Assembly (NCBI GenBank): GCA_950097015.1
Contig: CATNEN010000001.1
Coordinates: 13,764,001 to 13,828,000, forward strand
Source: Macrostomum hystrix
Taxonomy: Eukaryota > Animalia > Platyhelminthes
Length of the DNA stretch: 64,000 nt
Direction: 5' to 3'
In this document: piece after piece, positions 22,461-35,300 of the stretch
How the letters are laid out: each line of letters starts with the position of its first letter
Numbering within the stretch: position 1 is the stretch's first letter
Program-made: the position numbers and the translations under genes
The notes under the pieces: generated by a model
The model's input: the letters and a program-made list of their open reading frames with translations, nothing else
The model's database searches: none
What the model was told of the DNA's origin: nothing

Positions 22461-23451
22461 AGATTTCCCGACAAAAAGTACATAGTTTTGTCAGCTGATA
22501 GTTTAAGTATTGTGAGCATTATGATTTTTTCGTCATTTAACATTTAACTAATTGCTAATGTTGATCTTATCAGATTTAACAATTGCTACTCGTAGATTAT
22601 TTAAATATCTTTAGCTCGAAATAGCCACGATTGGTTGAAGAAGTATGATTTATAATTTATTGCTCTTTCATTCAGTAACACATGCACGCAGGTGCATGTT
22701 GAATAACTGACATTGTTACTGTTTTTGCGTTAGTTGCAAAAATAGAAGCACCATTATTTAATCACAAATTACAAGTCATCTTTAACTTAGAGCTGAAGTT
22801 AAATCGTAGAAACTTTTCTTCACAGTTATAATATTTATGAAATTGAGTAATCCATTTAGATTACACGAAATAGTCCTTAATAAAACAATGAACTATGAGT
22901 TGTTAAATGAACAAAAAGGCACAAACTATATTCCCTTTTATTTTACTCCATAGCTTAAACCTTAATTACCTTAATTAACAGTACTACCAAAGGGGAAGTT
23001 AGACAATTGTTTGTTTGTTAGACAGTTGTTTGTCTTGCACCCGAACGGAGCGATGCAGGCACACGAAACTCAAGAACACGGGCCAACTTTTTGTTGCGCA
23101 TCTTCTGAAACAAGAATCAAGTCGCCAGCTCTTTAGACCGTCGAGATATTCAATGCTTCTGGTGGAATGTCAGATTTTCCCATAATCGCTAGTGTATTTC
23201 ATACGCGCCAATACACATATTAGCCCTGCGCCTCAGTGCGGCCTTACCAGGCCTTCAAAATTTATCTGCATGTCACCCGACTGTGCCTGCATCAAGTCCG
23301 TCTTCGGTGGTCACCTACCTTCATCTAGACGGATTTGCTGGACCTTCAAGAGCTACAACAGGTGGAAATAGGCCACTATGGACACCCTGACGCGAGTTTA
23401 TCCAATTTCACTGATCAAGCCTAAATAGAGTTAAGAGTGGAATGAGGCCTG

Positions 23452-23790
23452 GTGATATCGGAGATTCGCTGCCTTCGGACTAGGACTGGGCGTGGAGGCC
23501 TCCCCGCAGACACTCCGCCTCGATTCCCATTCCTTCCCGAGTTTACGCAGACTCTGTTCACAGCCAGACTGTCACAGCCTCGCTCCTCGCACCTGTACGT
23601 GAACTTCCGCTGCCTGAGCTGGAGTCTCCAAGCTGAGCTGCTCCGCAATCGCACAGCAATCGACTTCGATGCGTGGCTCTCAGAGCTGCAAGAGGACCCG
23701 GACTTGGAGGAGCTGCTCACTCTGGCTCACTACAGCGACCAAGTTGAGCACGCGGAGTTCAGCCTGCGACAGATGTTGCGACTCAAGTGA
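23452..23790 (+). pseudogene. Orphan coding-like fragment (possible pseudogene, terminal exon or TE relic)
   Basis: GC-rich island with a 112-codon open frame (..DFDAWLSELQEDPDLEELLTL..). No ATG start, several stops upstream in frame, and no family recognised. Confidence 0.25.
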
Positions 23791-25058
23791 AAAAAAGCAA
23801 CGCATTTTCGATTTCATTGTCCATTCAAACACCCGCCTATGTTGTCACAAATAAGTGGAAAACTGGAAATAAATGTGTTGGAAGAATTGTTTTCCGTGGT
23901 TTAAACAGGACACACACATAAAACACGAAGTGCCGTTGCTTATAATTATCGAATATAAAGTTTGACACCGAGGAGTTACAGACAGACAAACGACAGATTC
24001 CGTGCTAAGCGTTGCGTATTTTTTTTATTAACGCGAAAAAGTTAGTCCACAGGTGCAGTAGAGAATTAAGGGTGTCAATATGTGAATTATTGAAGTTGTT
24101 TTGCTGGTTTATCTATTCTATAGTATTAATTGACACAAGAGATTTTTTCCTAGGCTTAGGGTTAAGCTGTGACGTCATACTGATGACGCTCGTAAGATGA
24201 CGTCATACCCGATCAGTGTTCCGGCAGTGGGCTTGACGTGTTTCTATTATTAGAAAATAATCGATTGGTGAGGGAAACCCTTTATACCTTCCCTTTTACG
24301 CAAAGCATAAGCGAAGTACACCAGACGGGCAGCAAAATAGAAATAAAATTTGACTAGAGAATCTAGAAGCTTTGTTAGAAATCAGAAAACACGTGTCATA
24401 CTTATACTAGAAAATTGAAAAGCACAAAGTAGAAGCATTGAATAGACAAAAGTGGCATAGATTTTAGCAACTAAGAAACTATAAAATTGATTTCTAATAC
24501 TTCGATTGCAGACACATCTCACAACAGGGCTTCTAAGAATGAATGAAGACAATTAGTGACTAATAAATTGTTTATCCACAAAAAGCAGAACAAAACAGAA
24601 CGAATGGAATGCATTATTCAGAGATTCTTGTAACGAAAAAACTCAAGAACTTTAAGAATGAAAATCGAGTCAAATAACACAGACAAACACCTGGGCAACC
24701 TGACTAGCATTAAAGATGAGATTAGCAAAGGAATGATCGTATTTACTGATTAAACTACGCGCAAAACAGACGGTGCAAAAAGATTAATTGAGGACACGAA
24801 AAACGGTTGACAACTATTCTAGAGACTAGAACAAAGAGAAATAAATGTAAGCGAATTAAAAAAATCTTTTAAAAAATCTAGCTTCTACTACAAAAAAATT
24901 CGATGTCACAACGGTGTAGTGAGAAATTGCTCAGACAAACGAATGCTTATATTTTGATAACGATAACTTTCATTGGAAACTGACAGAGTTGAAGATCAGA
25001 TTTCTAGAGATCGAGGTTGGACGGAGGTCCAGACAGATTCAGGACCAGACTGTTGAGT

Positions 25059-25135
25059 TTACCAACCACTCGGCGATGGATAAGACAGCTGACTGCCTAG
25101 GCTAGACAGTGGCATTTCTAGACTGTTGGAATAAG

Positions 25136-25188
<53 letters not shown>

Positions 25189-26825
25189 GGATAAGCCGGA
25201 TAGTGATGATAAGGCTGATGATCGCTAACAGGATACTGGTGCTGCTGGTGCGGGTACTGATACTGGCTGTAGTCCATCATGGCACCAGAGTGCTGCTGAT
25301 GACTATATGGATAAGAGCTAGTCATTTGGTATTGCGAGCGGTACTGCTGCTGCTGCTGCTGCTGACTGTAATGCAGCTGATTAGAATAGCCTGCGTGATA
25401 CTGCTGATAACCAGATCGATTATAATACACAGCCGATTGCTGATGTTGCGGTGGCATTGGCGTTGGCGGTGGCTGCTGCTGCTGCAGCGACTGCACAGTC
25501 TTGGGCTTGCTTAACTCTTGTTCCAAGGCTGGCAAAGATCCGGACACTGACATTGTAGAAGCTGTCGCAGCTAAAACAGATGTAACAGAATCCTTTGAGT
25601 CCATTGTCGAAGAGGCTGATAAAGCCTTTCTAGAACGCGAAGACGACTGCTGCTGCTGCCGCTTGCTCTTTGATGGCGAAGCAGTGGATGGTGGCAGCGG
25701 AGGAGGTAGAGACGCCAACGGAGGCAGCGATGAAAGTAGCGACTGCTGCTGCTGCTGCTGCTGCTGCGAGATCAAGGCCTGCAAGTGAGCTGGTCCTGCA
25801 GTGGACACAGCCGCATTGGCTGCCACAAGCTGACTAGAATCTGGCACCAGAATATCTTCTTCTGGCACGCAGCGGACAGCCGACTGGGCCGGGGCTGCCG
25901 GCTGACAGAACAGCCAGCCGGAGCGGATGCTCTCTGACTGCTCTTCCTCAAGAATCCCGGGCTTCTGAGTGATCAGCTGTTCCAGTTGTTTAGCGAACTG
26001 TTTAGACGAATCAATCCAACGCTGCAGACGAATGCGCGATAATTTCACATCGTCATCATTGTCAATGTCTGCTTCCTGCTGCTGGTTGTCAGTTCGGCAA
26101 ATCTTCTTCAGTGGCGGCTCAGGAATCGGCGGAGACACTGAAGGCGGCGGCATCCGAGCCGGACCAAGGAGCTGCATCATCAATCGATGATTCCGGCGAT
26201 ATCGATCAGCTGCTGCGAGCCGGATCGCCTCAGCCGCGTCGGGCAGGTCTTCAAATTCAGGTTCCGGCAGCAGCTGCTGTTGCTGATGGTGATGCCTGTG
26301 ATGGTGCTGCTGTCGATGCTGATGATGTCCGTGATGGTGATGATGATGATGATGATGATGAGAACTGCGCTTCGATCCAGAAGAGTTGGCAGACATCGAG
26401 GACAGGGCTGGCGAAGCTGACTGCGGATGGCTGCCGCTGTGATCCGAAAAATCCTGAGGCGACAGCTCCTGCTGCTGCTGCTGCTGCTCCCGGCTCGCCA
26501 GCCAGGCCTTGTACTGCGGAGAGCTGTGGTAGATACGCATGGCGTCAGTGTGCTTAACCTTCTCGGCTTCGTACTCATCCACAAGCTCCTGTTTCTCTGG
26601 TTCGCCCAGTTCGCGCCACATGTGGCCAATGATTTTGCCGACCTCCCAAAGCTTCAGGCTAGGATTGTCTGCCTTGACCCGGTCCCAGACGCGCCTACTA
26701 TAACGCATGTAGGGCATCAGCGGCTTCTCTGGCGGCTTTGGCGGCTTGCCGCTGCGCTGACGCGGTAAGGACGGCGGCAGCTGCGGCTGCAGAGCCGGCG
26801 GAGGCGAGGACGGACTGCTTGTCAT
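25059..26825 (-). CDS. SMARCE1: SWI/SNF subunit SMARCE1/BAF57 homolog (HMG box + NHRL motif), 588 aa, single coding exon
   Basis: [57 protein letters not shown] is the BAF57 HMG box. [16 protein letters not shown] matches the NHRLI region. H/Q/Y-rich low-complexity tail. Confidence 0.92.
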
Positions 26826-27015
26826 GCTGGCTGTCTGCTGCAGCAGAAAGACTGCTAATTTATTTTGGTCAAGGTGGCTTTTCTTGTTTAGTATCCTTTT
26901 GTTCTTAAAAGCCTTTGAAATTTAACGCCTGCAATGAACGAAATGATAAACGGTTATACAGCTGTTAAACAAATGCCTGCTATCGAAATACACAACATAT
27001 TCTATAAAGCTTAAA

Positions 27016-27645
27016 TCCCAAACCTCTAGAATCCCCCAAAGTCGCATCCTCTACAATCCCAAACCTCTAGAACCCCTCAAAAGTCGCATCCTCTACAATC
27101 CCAAACCTCTAGTATCCTCCAAAGTCGCATCCTCTACAATCCCAAACCTCTAGAATCCTCCAAAGTCGCATCCTCTACAATCCCAAACCTCTAGAACCCC
27201 TCAAAAGTCGCATCCTCTACAATCCCAAACATCTAGAACCCCTCAAAAGTCGCATCCTCTACAATCCCAAACCTCTAGAACCCCTCAAAAGTCGCATCCT
27301 CTACAATCCCAAACATCTAGAACCCCTCAAAAGTCGCATCCTCTACAATCCCAAACCTCTAGAACCCCTCAAAAGTCGCATCCTCTACAATCCCAAACAT
27401 CTAGAACCCCTCAAAAGTCGCATCCTCTACAATCCCAAACCTCTAGAACCCCTCAAAAGTCGCATCCTCTACAATCCCAAACCTCTAGAATCCCCCCAAA
27501 AGTCGCATCCTCTACAATCCCAAACCTCTAGAATCCTCCAAAAGTCGCATCCTCTACAATCCCAAACCTCTAGAATCCTCCAAAAGTCGCATCCTCTACA
27601 ATCCCAAACCTCTAGAATCCTCCCAAAGTCGCATCCTCTACAATC
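27016..27645. repeat. 41-42-bp minisatellite upstream of SMARCE1
   Basis: Unit TCCCAAACCTCTAGAACCCCTCAAAAGTCGCATCCTCTACAA, ~15 copies. Confidence 0.95.
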
Positions 27646-28481
27646 CTACAAAGGCTAAAATCCTAAATACACAAGCTCGTGATATTATTAAATAAAAAAC
27701 TAATATTTCAGATCAAATCAGTCCGAGCAAACAACACTAAATGGTGGTCAATTTTCAGAAATATATGCCTCATTAATTTTAACAAACAAAGAACGCTACA
27801 GCATTGTTAAAAAGAGCATAATCACAACAGAAATACAGGTAATGTAGTTAATAGTCAAAGCAAATGTAACATACAAAATTGTTGAAACGAACCATTAAAA
27901 TGTGCAGTCGATACTAACTATTCTAATGCTGTTTGTACACTCGATTAAAGGTGTTTTAAAATACCAACAGAAAACCACGGCTAAACTGTTAAAAAATTAA
28001 GCCTAGTATTAATAACAAACAAAAAATGGTTTTGTATGCGTTAATCATAGAAAAAGATCACGACTCAGGTGAGGATAAGTGAGTGTATAATAGTTTCAAG
28101 GGAATTTGGAAGTAATAGATGCAGCAAACTATAAAAATCAATAAATCTAGCTGTTCTATATTTAGCATCATTTTTATTTTTTATTTGTGATTAAAACTGA
28201 CTACTTACAGTAATATAAAATGAAGGAGTTTTGCTGATAATAACAAAACTTATATTTATAATAAACAATAAGGGATGCCAGCATTAATAAAAACCAGTCA
28301 ACAATCCCAAAAGTAAATAAAAAACCTTTTTATGAACAAAAAAAGATTGAACAAAGTTGATTTACCAGACTAAATGAAAACATTATTTACATACCTTATC
28401 TAGCCTATGCAATGCCTAACTAGTTAATTTAAAAGGGAAAACATAACACACGACAATAACTGGAGTCCCATGTCAATGAGT

Positions 28482-30326
28482 TTAACTCTGACCGCCGCGG
28501 GCCCGCCTAGCCTTGTGCTTGTCGAACCGGGCCTCCATTTCGTCTAGGACTCGAGGCGTGTAGCGAACCACCAGTTTCACGGTGCCCTGGGCGGCCTTCA
28601 ACAGGTCCACAGCCTTCTCGTGGTGCTCGTTTTCCACTGAGACACCGTTGACGCTCAGCAGCTGATCGCCGCGCTTCAGACTGCCTTCCCGATCGGCCAC
28701 TCCGCCAGGAATGATGCGGCTGATGTAGATGGGCGAATTCTGCTCCTTGCCGCCCATCACATTGAATCCCAGGCCCTCCTCGGTCTTTGGCAGTTCGACA
28801 ACGCGCGGATGAGCATGACCTTCGGCTGCGGCGAACGCGGCCACCGTGGCCTTAGCCGTGGCCGAGGCGCGAACCTCCGGACTACCGCCAACGTCCACAG
28901 TCTCATAGACGTGTTCGTAGACTTCGCGAACCATGTTACAGAAGTCCGACTGTAGAATGCGACTGAGAGCGGCCAGCTTCTCGTGCTGAACATCCGGGCA
29001 GCTCTGCAGCTTCTCTAGGAGCTCGACAGCGCGTTGGATGTCTGTGGACAGTCGAGAGTCAAGTATATCAGATTTGGGTTATCATTGGGTTGATAATGTG
29101 TGGGCTGTAGTTGAATAATTTGGCAATAATCAACTCACAGCCAGCAAGGATGCAAGTCCTTTCTGCTGACCCCTGAGCACAGCCACTGGAGCTCTTAATC
29201 TAGAACAATTTCTAAGAACAATAGAGCTGATCTAGATACAACTAAAGCCTAATTCATGCTATCTAAGTGGGTCAATTTTTGTAATTGAGCAAGAGACTTA
29301 ATTCTGCATAGTTTCTGTTCACCCAACTGTTAAATGTGTACCAGTATAAGCTAGGGAATTTATAATCTGAACAGCTGTAGGCCTATGAAAATTAATTCTA
29401 CATAGATCATTGTGACAAATTCATACAAAAATCAATAAATATATTATATAGTATTTAAAGAGTTTCCTCAGTTGCCCTAACAGTTATAAAAATAGCAACA
29501 GAAAATACAGGCATAACTACACTTTTATTCTTTAAATTAATTTGTACTTTTTATTTGTTCTGGCAGATAACGAAATGGCAAGATAAATACCAGGCACACT
29601 TTGTGAACCACTAGGACCCAACTATTAATATGAATGCTGTTAAGGCCAATGGAAACTAGGCACATTGCAAGGGGAAGTTACACAATATGTAAGGAACAAG
29701 TAGTGCCCTATTATAAACTCTAGAGGACTTCATGCCTATATCTTTGCAATGTGTTTGGCAACTTTCTCTATATGGTGTCACTATTAGGCATATTCCATCA
29801 AATTAACTTTATTAAGTGACAAACTTTTTAATTGTATTTCTGCATGTGGTCAACTTCCTCTTACCCTTATTAAAGAATAGTTTGGTTACATTGTAAACAC
29901 AAATCTCTGCTCTAATGCAAAACTAACAAATAAAAGTTATGCCAAAACATCAACAACAGAGCTTGAGATTGGTATAACATAGACAAGTTGACAAACAGGT
30001 AGAGATATCCAATCAATATTAGGTCAATAAAAATTCAAAATATTACTTTTGATTAGCAAGTAAGGGTATTACTGGAATATTATTATACCAATTTTGAATA
30101 TGCTCTCAAATTCTCAATCAAGCATTAAACATTAGTAAACATTTACACTTAATCTTTTGGTAATTGAAATATGGTCGGTACAATAAAGCATTATTGAAAA
30201 ATGAAAGAAAATTAATGACGCCGCATAAGAAGGATGACAAAATGACAGCCATGATTGCTGTAAATAAAATAATAACAGTATAGAATCTTAAATTTTACCT
30301 TGTTGCAGTGTAAGCGGTTCAGCCAT
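28482..30326 (-). CDS. LIN7: LIN-7/Veli/MALS (L27 + PDZ), 195 aa
   Basis: Exons 30326-30299 (MAEPLTLQQ) and 29041-28482 ([85 protein letters not shown]). GT-AG, in frame. Confidence 0.97.
29286..29357 (+). mobile_element. Decayed fragment of SINE family 2 in LIN7 intron
   Basis: TTGAGCAAGAGACTTAATTCTGCATAGTTTCTGTTCACCCAACTGTTAAATGTGTACCAG aligns with the reverse complement of 2542-2614. Confidence 0.65.
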
Positions 30327-30892
30327 TAGTAAGATTTACTGGCTAAGAGAAAAATGAAAATTCTTATTAAAAATATTTACGCCCTTAAGTGGTGCTATCA
30401 ATGACGTATCACGTATCAGCTTAACTGCAGATAATGTCAACATCAAAACAACAGAATTTTTTAGGAATTCAAGGAAGGAAATGGTTTTAAATTTTAATTA
30501 TCGTTACATGTAGTTCTTAAAAAAAACTTTTGTTAAAAAAATTATCAGTCATAGCGGTAAAGAATATAAATTTTGACAATAAGCACAGGGACAAATCGTA
30601 TTTATTTGTTATACTAATAACGTGTTTATGTCATTCAATTTGACTTCGGTGCTTTCAAGGAATAATATAAAATCCTTTACAGGTACTGTTAACAGGACAT
30701 AAACAGTTTTAGGCAACAGTATGACAGATATTACTATAGTATGTTCTTTCCTATCCGCAAATGTGTTTGTCTTTCAAAACATGATAAGTAGGACTATTGA
30801 TGATTATATAACAGATATATATATTTAAGTAACCTGCTAAGTTGCTAAACAACTGACGCTTGTTTTTCAGGACGAGAAGCTAGGTACGGTAT

Positions 30893-30895
<3 letters not shown>

Positions 30896-30941
<46 letters not shown>
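30896..30941. repeat. (CA)n microsatellite
   Basis: About 23 CA units. Confidence 0.97.
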
Positions 30942-30945
<4 letters not shown>

Positions 30946-32383
30946 CGCTAGATATATGCATGACTTGAAGACGCAAGAAAGAACATATAGCGAAAAAGTA
31001 CGAAATTTAAATCTAGCTCTGCTACATAATTCCTCACTTCAGAAGACTGCGCAACTATGTCTCACAGTCTCACTAGATATTCCTGTCAAGCTGTTTTATA
31101 TTTCTTTTCTGAATTATCAAGGGATAGCATGAATTTTCGAGTGATAACATGATAATATATTTATAAGGGGTAGCATGATTTATTGAGGAGATATCTCAAG
31201 AAAATATAAGTATAATATTCAAGTTAAATATTTTCAATGATTTTTCTTCTCAGCGCTTAAAAGTGTGCTTTTTTTCTCCACTTAAAATCATGATAGGCAT
31301 GATTTTATTTGCAAGGGTTAGCATGATTAAAAAAGAGTGTTGCATAAATAAGGGGACAAATGGTGTCCCACTGTCTATCCCATTTTCATATTTATCTCCT
31401 GTTGGGTCAAAGTGGAGTCAAAGCAGTTGGTGTCATGTTGCAGTGCAGAGTAGATATGGAGCTGAATAATCTTTTGGGGTTAAAATATTCTGTGTCGCAT
31501 CACTTTTTGAGCTAAAACTTTAGACCCCATGTCATGGGTCAGTTGGTTTTATATACTTTTTTTTTCAATAGGGTTAGTTGGTAGCTATTAGTTTTTATAT
31601 TTTTTCAATTCAGCTAAAATTTTATCTCTTGCATTCTAGACTATTGAGAAATAGCTAGCTATTTATTACAACAAAAATCTGCAGACTTTATGTAATTCTA
31701 GATAATGCTAGCTTTAGGCCTATCATTTTTTACAGTGCTATGTCTAAGTATTTGAAGTTTGGTATTTGTAAAGTAAATATTCCAAATATAATTGTTTTAA
31801 AGCAGTTTGTGAATAGCAAACAATTCTAGCTTAATCCACACTTTTTGCGGTTTAGCCCAATTTTTTGTAACTTATTATTAAATTATTTGTTTTCTTATGA
31901 TTAATATAAAATTATAAAATTTGATATACACAAGCAGTTCAGAGCTGTGGTTTTCTAGCAAGATATAGTACTTTGATAGCAGTGTGGCTAATTTAATTTC
32001 TTGAAACCTTAGTACCAAAATCATTTCTTTTTCTAATTTGCTTTTTTAGATTAGATCAGATATCAGTAGTGAAAGTTGGTTGTTATGCTTCTGATAATTC
32101 ACTTATCATTGTAAATTCTATTGATGTTTAATTTGTCTTAAAATATAATGACAGAGATTATTGGGGATATGAAACAGTAATTTATTCCCATATTTATTTG
32201 TTTAAGTAACATGTTTTATCATTAATTTTTTATATACTTTCTATTTACCGTTGCTAAATTTAAACTGCAGCTTGTGTCCACTCTGAGTCTGCAGACAGCA
32301 CTAAAATTATTGCTGGCCACACAAGCAACAAAAAAAATTAAGAAAATAATTAAACAACTGAATAGCTAATAATATTCAATAGA

Positions 32384-35300
32384 ATGGGGTCCAGCGTGAG
32401 TACCCTTTCTGAACTCACTGGCCCAATCAGGAATCCTTTATTAGAGCGCCTCTGTTCCCCCGAGCCGCTGTCGTCTGTCATTGAGCCAGACCAGCTTGAT
32501 TCCTATTGGCTGCAGCTCCTAAGCCATCGCCTGTGCCCCCCGGTGACAACCAGGGCCAATCGGGAATTGGAAGAATCCCTTGCCCTGCCCTACCTGGCCC
32601 ACCTGGCTGTCAACAATCGTTCTAGCGGAAATCTCAACGCTCTGCTGCGCAGAATTGTCAAACTCACCGACGAAATCGACGATGCTGTCCTGCAGCCGCT
32701 GACTGACAGGTCTAGCAGGGCCAACCATCTCAATCAACTCTCAGCCGCTTTGTTTATGTCGCGTTGCTGCATCAAATATCTCATGGAGTCTGAGAACGAG
32801 AGAGCCGTGCTAGAGCATATGGAGTTCTGTCCTTATGAGGACAATGAACAGGTGAGAAACTCGTTAGCTCAGTCGTTTCAATTCCATTAAGTCTCATTTT
32901 ATGTGAAATTGTCACTTCTACTAAACTTATTATCCCACAGAGTTCAGATTCCTAGACTTTGAATTCCCTAAACTTTAAATTCCTAAACTTCAAATCCCCA
33001 TACTTCAATCCCTCAAACTACAAATCCTCAAAATTCAAAATCCAAGTCTTCGACCTTCCTATCTTCAAATCCCAAAACTTCAAATCTTTAAACTTCAAAT
33101 CCCCTAATTTCAAATCCCCTAACTTTAAATCCCCATAATTCAAGCCCTCAAAATACAAATCCCTAAACTCCAAATCCCCAAACTTCAAATCCCCAAACTT
33201 CGAATCCCCAAAGTTCGAATCCCCAAACTCCAACTTCCAAGTCTTCGAATCCCCAAACTTCAAATCCCCAAACTTCAAATCCCCAAACTTCAAATCCCCA
33301 AACTTCAAATCCTCAAACTTCAAATCCCCAAACTTCAAATCCCCAAACTTCAAATCCCCAAACTTCGAATCCCCAAACTTCGAATCTCCAAACTTCAAAT
33401 CCCCAAACTTCAAATCCCCAAACTTCAAATCCCCAAACTTCAAATCCTCAAACTTTAAATCCCCAAACTTCAAATCCCCAAACTTCGAATCCCCAAACTT
33501 CGAATCCCCAAACTTCGAATCCCCAAACTCCAAATCCCAAGTCTTCGAACCTCCAAACTTCAAATCCCCAAACTTCAAATCCCTAAACTCCAAATCCCCA
33601 AACTTCGAATCCCCAAACTCCAACTTCCAAGTCTTCGAATCCCTAAACTTCAAATCCCCAAACTTCAAATCCCCAAACTTCAAATCCTCAAACTTCAAAT
33701 CCCCAAACTTCAAATCCCCAAACTTCAAATCCCCAAACTTCAAATCCCCAAACTTCGAATCCCCAAACTTCGAATCCCCAAACTTCAAATCCCCAAACTT
33801 CAAATCCCCAAACTTCAAATCCCCAAACTTCAAATCCCCAAACTTCAAATCCTCAAACTTTAAATCCCCAAACTTCAAATCCCCAAACTTCGAATCCCCA
33901 AACTTCGAATCCCCAAACTTCGAATCCCCAAACTCCAAATCCCAAGTCTTCGAACCTCCAAACTTCAAATCCCCAAACTTCAAATCCCTAAACTCCAAAT
34001 CCCCAAACTTCGAATCCACAAACTCCAACTTCCAAGTCTTCGAATCCCCAAACTTCAAATCCCCAAACTTCAAATCCCCAAACTTCAAATCCGCAAACTT
34101 CGAATCCCCAAACTTCAAATCCCCAAACTTCAAATCCTCAAACTTCAAATTCCCAAACTTCAAATCCTCAAACTTCAAATCCCCAAACTTCAAATCCCCA
34201 AACTTCAAATCCCCAAACTTCAAATCCCCAAACTTCAAATCCTCAAACTTCAAATCCCCAAACTTCAAATCCCCAAAATTCAAATCCCCAAACTTCGAAT
34301 CCCCAAACTTCAAATCCCCAAACTTCAAATCCCCAAACTTCGAATCCCCAAACTTCGAATTCCCAAACTTCAAATTCCCAAACTTCAAATCCTCAAACTT
34401 CAAATCCCCAAACTTCAAATCCCCAAACTTCGAATCCCCAAACTTCGAATCCCCAAACTTCGAATTCCCAAACTTCAAATTCCCAAACTTCAAATCCTCA
34501 AACTTCAAATCCCCAAACTTCAAATCCCCAAACTTCAAATCCCCAAACTTCAAATTCACAAACTTCAAATCCCCAAAACTTCAAATCCTCGGACTTCAAT
34601 TCGATGATCGCCCCTCAGGGTGACAATGCTTCTGTGATCGAGAAGCGATCCACGTCCTCCGAGGACTCCGAGTCAGACACCGGCGACTCGTCTTCGCGCG
34701 ATCATTCCACAACCCCGGAGCCGGGCACCACCATCGAGGACTACTTGGAGAGTCTTGTTAAACTCACCATCATCCTGCCAGCTGACGAAGACGCCTACTC
34801 AGGTCTACTAGAAGCAACCAATTGCCTGCTGGTGCTGCTGAGTCTGCGCATGTATCACGGCTGCAGATCTAGCGCCCAGCTGGCCTTCTATCAGATTCTC
34901 TGCTCCGGCAGGTGCGCCCCCTACGCGCGCAGATTAACTGCCGCTCTGGTGCAACGTTTTGTGTCGTCACCGCCTGCTCCTGATCGTTTGTTAGCTGGAG
35001 TGCCCCAGGCGCCTTCGCAGGTTGGTTTCTGATTGGTTGAGAGCTCTCGTCCAATAGAATTTACCCTAATCTCGTAGGGCCGTTTATTGGCTAATCGTCT
35101 ATAATCGAATAGAATCCTTAGCAACCCTAATTCGCCGTTGATTGGCTAACGGGCTCTTGTCCAATAGTATTCTTTGTCATCTTTGCTCACCGTTCATTTG
35201 CCGACAGGCTATGATCCAATAGAAAAATTCGTTACAATCCTAGCCTCCGTCTCATTGGCTAATTTTCAAGGTTTACAATGCGGCTGCGTCCCTAGCAACC

